A stretch of 64,000 bases of DNA from a virus. This document shows positions 61,794 to 64,000 of the stretch, piece after piece. The notes under the pieces were generated by a model. That model was not told the DNA's origin, did no database searches, and saw only the letters and a program-made list of their open reading frames with translations. The stretch is from UHGV virus genome UHGV-0171999; one strand, 5' to 3'. Both the position numbers and the translations under genes were made by a program. The first letter of the stretch is position 1, and each line of letters begins with the position of its first letter.

Positions 61794-61824
61794 AATTCTA
61801 TCAGCTAATCGCGGAGAAAAGAAA

Positions 61825-62079
61825 ATGATGCTAGTTAATAGAGAATATCAGTTTAAATCAGAAGAAGATTTGGAAAAATTCGCAAGTGGTTGTGAACTGA
61901 ATAGACGCACAGCTAAAGTCATAGGATTAAAACCCTTTACAGTTCTAGATTGTGAAGTTTCTAAATTCCGCAGAGGGTGTTCTATTAGCGGTCATGCTCT
62001 GGTTGATGGGAATACATTTTTCTTTGTTTTTAGCGTCAGAGAACTTTTATTGATTAACGAACTTGAGGAAATAAAATAG
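61825..62079 (+). CDS. hypothetical protein
   Basis: 84-aa ORF. Confidence 0.45.
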   Translation: MMLVNREYQFKSEEDLEKFASGCELNRRTAKVIGLKPFTVLDCEVSKFRRGCSISGHALVDGNTFFFVFSVRELLLINELEEIK

Positions 62080-62107
62080 TTTACTTTTGTTTTAAACATG
62101 TTATTAT
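62079..62107 (+). promoter_or_regulatory. early promoter
   Basis: GTTTACT, about 16-17 bp, TGtTATTAT. Confidence 0.5.
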
Positions 62108-62143
62108 AGACCTATCAAAACAAACGAGTAAATGGAGAACAAA

Positions 62144-62326
62144 ATGTCTAAAGTATCAGGTTATCAATTATTAACACAAGAACAACGTTCAGAGATGGAT
62201 TCTTTACAAGAACGGTGTCAGCATAGAAATAACGCACTTGATTCATTTTTATTAGTTGAATATGAAAACTTGTGCTCTAGACTTGAAAAAGAATATGTTC
62301 ATCAACATGAAGGAGGAGAAGAATGA
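62144..62326 (+). CDS. hypothetical small protein
   Basis: ORF 62132-62326 with Met at 62144. Confidence 0.4.
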   Translation: MSKVSGYQLLTQEQRSEMDSLQERCQHRNNALDSFLLVEYENLCSRLEKEYVHQHEGGEE

Positions 62327-62429
62327 AACTGAAATCACCAATTATTGCAATTTGTCTGTTTGCTTCTACTGGTGTTTACTTTTGTTGAAAATTGAGATAT
62401 TATAAACATAAACTACTGAGGAGATTATC

Positions 62430-62723
62430 ATGAAAAAATTTATCTTTGCTGCAATTTTTGCTTTATCTTCTTGCGCTGCCCAGCCTGCCATGGCAGGTTA
62501 TGACAAAGATTTATGTGAATGGTCTATGACTGCAGATCAGACTGAGGTTGAAACTCAAATTGAAGCAGATATTATGAATATCGTTGAGCGTGATCGCCCT
62601 GAAATGAAAGCTGAAGTGCAAAAACAGCTTAAATCTGGCGGGGTAATGCAGTATAATTACGTTCTGTATTGCGATAAAAACTTCAATAATAAAAATATCA
62701 TCGCTGAAGTGGTAGGTGAATAA
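62430..62723 (+). CDS. sp: Spackle-like periplasmic protein (superinfection exclusion, gene 61.3 position)
   Basis: 97-aa ORF with 22-aa signal peptide MKKFIFAAIFALSSCAAQPAMA; size and location as recalled for T4 Spackle. Confidence 0.6.
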   Translation: MKKFIFAAIFALSSCAAQPAMAGYDKDLCEWSMTADQTEVETQIEADIMNIVERDRPEMKAEVQKQLKSGGVMQYNYVLYCDKNFNNKNIIAEVVGE

Positions 62724-63349
62724 TGCTTTATCAAATGCACAAGTGCAAAGATACATACAAATATAAAGGTGCCCAGTGTTATATCATTAATCGTGAAAAC
62801 GCGGGTCCAGGTCATTCGCATCAATCACGGTTTGTATTCGTTAAAAACAATGAAATTATAGCAGTTGCTAATTACATGCTTGTGACTAATGATGTTAATC
62901 CGGTGCCTTTTACATATTATAATCTAATGGATTTGGCGTACGATTATAATTGGTTTAATCATGACACTTTGGCTCATATTGAAGGCGTAGGATTTGACAT
63001 CTCTTATTCTAGTTACTCGTTGTGTCCTATGAGCCGAGCTCATAGAGAGCCTGAATATTTTTCATTTCGTCGGCGTGTAGACTTTAAACGCAGTACAGAG
63101 TATGTCGGTGGAATCTTTGTTAAAGATAATCGAATTACTCGCATTATTTATCCTTTGGGTTGTGGTCAAAAAGATATTGATGTTGATTTAGACTTTACTG
63201 AAAACGTCATTAATCATATTGCTTCTGTGTATTTTGATATTGATCACAAAATTGTAATATGTGGATATGAATTACCATCAGAAAAACAGTCTAAAATAGA
63301 TGTTTCTATTGATGACCAAATTTTTAATGCTTTTATGAATAGAGGTTAA
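62723..63349 (+). CDS. hypothetical protein (61.1 position)
   Basis: 208-aa ORF, ATGC-coupled. Confidence 0.5.
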   Translation: MLYQMHKCKDTYKYKGAQCYIINRENAGPGHSHQSRFVFVKNNEIIAVANYMLVTNDVNPVPFTYYNLMDLAYDYNWFNHDTLAHIEGVGFDISYSSYSLCPMSRAHREPEYFSFRRRVDFKRSTEYVGGIFVKDNRITRIIYPLGCGQKDIDVDLDFTENVINHIASVYFDIDHKIVICGYELPSEKQSKIDVSIDDQIFNAFMNRG

Positions 63350-63350
63350 T

Positions 63351-63515
63351 ATGAAAACATATAAAGAATTTATTAAAGAAGATATGGTTGCTGGAGATTC
63401 AGGTGGTAATCCTGAAAATATCTCTACTGGAACAACATCAGGTGCTGTAGTAAATAAAGGTCCTGAACAGATTCCTAAAAAGAAAAAAGAGGAATCTAAA
63501 GAAAAAGAAGAGTAA
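63351..63515 (+). CDS. small lysine/glutamate-rich protein with IP-type capsid targeting sequence
   Basis: 54-aa ORF (below the 60-aa track cutoff) MKTYKEFIKEDMVAG...; SD aggaggt upstream; abuts gene 61. Confidence 0.45.
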   Translation: MKTYKEFIKEDMVAGDSGGNPENISTGTTSGAVVNKGPEQIPKKKKEESKEKEE

Positions 63516-63517
63516 AA

Positions 63518-64000
63518 ATGTCATCAATACCTTGGATTGATAATGAGTTTGCATACCGTGCATTAGCTCATTTACCTAAATTCGCACAAGTAAATAATAG
63601 TTCAACTTTTAAATTACGGTTTAGATGCCCTGTTTGTGGAGATTCAAAAACCGACCAAAATAAAGCCCGTGGATGGTATTATGGTGATAATAATGAAGGA
63701 AATATTCATTGTTATAACTGTAACTATCATGCACCAATCGAAATATATTTAAAGGAGTTTGAACCTGATTTATATCGTGAGTATATCTTTGAAATAAGAA
63801 AAGAAAAAGGTAAAAGTCGTCCAGTAGAAAAACCTAAAGAACTTCCTAAACAGCCTGAGAAGAAAATAATTAAATCTCTTCCGTCATGCGTTAGATTAGA
63901 TAAATTGGCGGAAGACCACCCAATTATAAAATATGTAAAAGCTCGTTGTATTCCAAAGGATAAATGGAAATATCTTTGGTTTACAACTGAATGGCCTAAA
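63518..64000 (+). CDS. 61: DNA primase gp61, partial (3' end beyond window end)
   Basis: MSSIPWIDNEFAYRALAHLPKF...CPVCGDS...CYNCNYH zinc-ribbon N-terminus; open to window end. Confidence 0.9.
   Translation, partial: MSSIPWIDNEFAYRALAHLPKFAQVNNSSTFKLRFRCPVCGDSKTDQNKARGWYYGDNNEGNIHCYNCNYHAPIEIYLKEFEPDLYREYIFEIRKEKGKSRPVEKPKELPKQPEKKIIKSLPSCVRLDKLAEDHPIIKYVKARCIPKDKWKYLWFTTEWPK

Overview
This 64-kb window is a segment of a T4-like (Tequatrovirus-type) myovirus genome, reverse-complemented relative to the usual T4 map. Positions 1-7795 carry the baseplate late genes 7 (partial), 6, 5.4, 5.1, 5 and 53 on the minus strand. The rest is a long plus-strand block of early, middle and late genes in the order 4, 2, 3, 1, 57A, 57B, ipI, a tRNA cluster, e-region ORFs, lysozyme e, internal-protein genes, denV, regB, vs, tk, rI, a hyperplastic block of small ORFs, nrdC, 49, nrdD, nrdG, nrdH, 55, a-gt, 47, 46, rpbA, 45, 44, 62, regA, 43, imm, 42, uvsX, 40, 41, dmd, sp and the 5' part of primase gene 61. 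Proteins are close to T4 but not identical (for example several substitutions in lysozyme e), so this is a T4 relative, not T4 itself. Transcription signals are typical T-even: many sigma70-type early promoters (GTTTAC -35 with an extended -10), TATAAATA late promoters and UUCG-tetraloop terminator hairpins. I found no single clearly novel system. The observations most worth a second look are: an apparent single-base frameshift in the internal protein I gene; two free-standing homing-endonuclease genes (GIY-YIG between nrdD and nrdG, HNH antisense after gene 46); a GT2-type glycosyltransferase at the beta-gt locus; a GrcA-like gene with a host-like 3' half; a macro-domain protein; an adjacent nucleotidyltransferase and P-loop ATPase pair; a tRNA-like element with a defective acceptor stem; and repeated promoter cassettes. 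All calls rest on reading the sequence and on recalled T4 biology; no database search was run. Coordinates of non-coding features are approximate to within a few nt.
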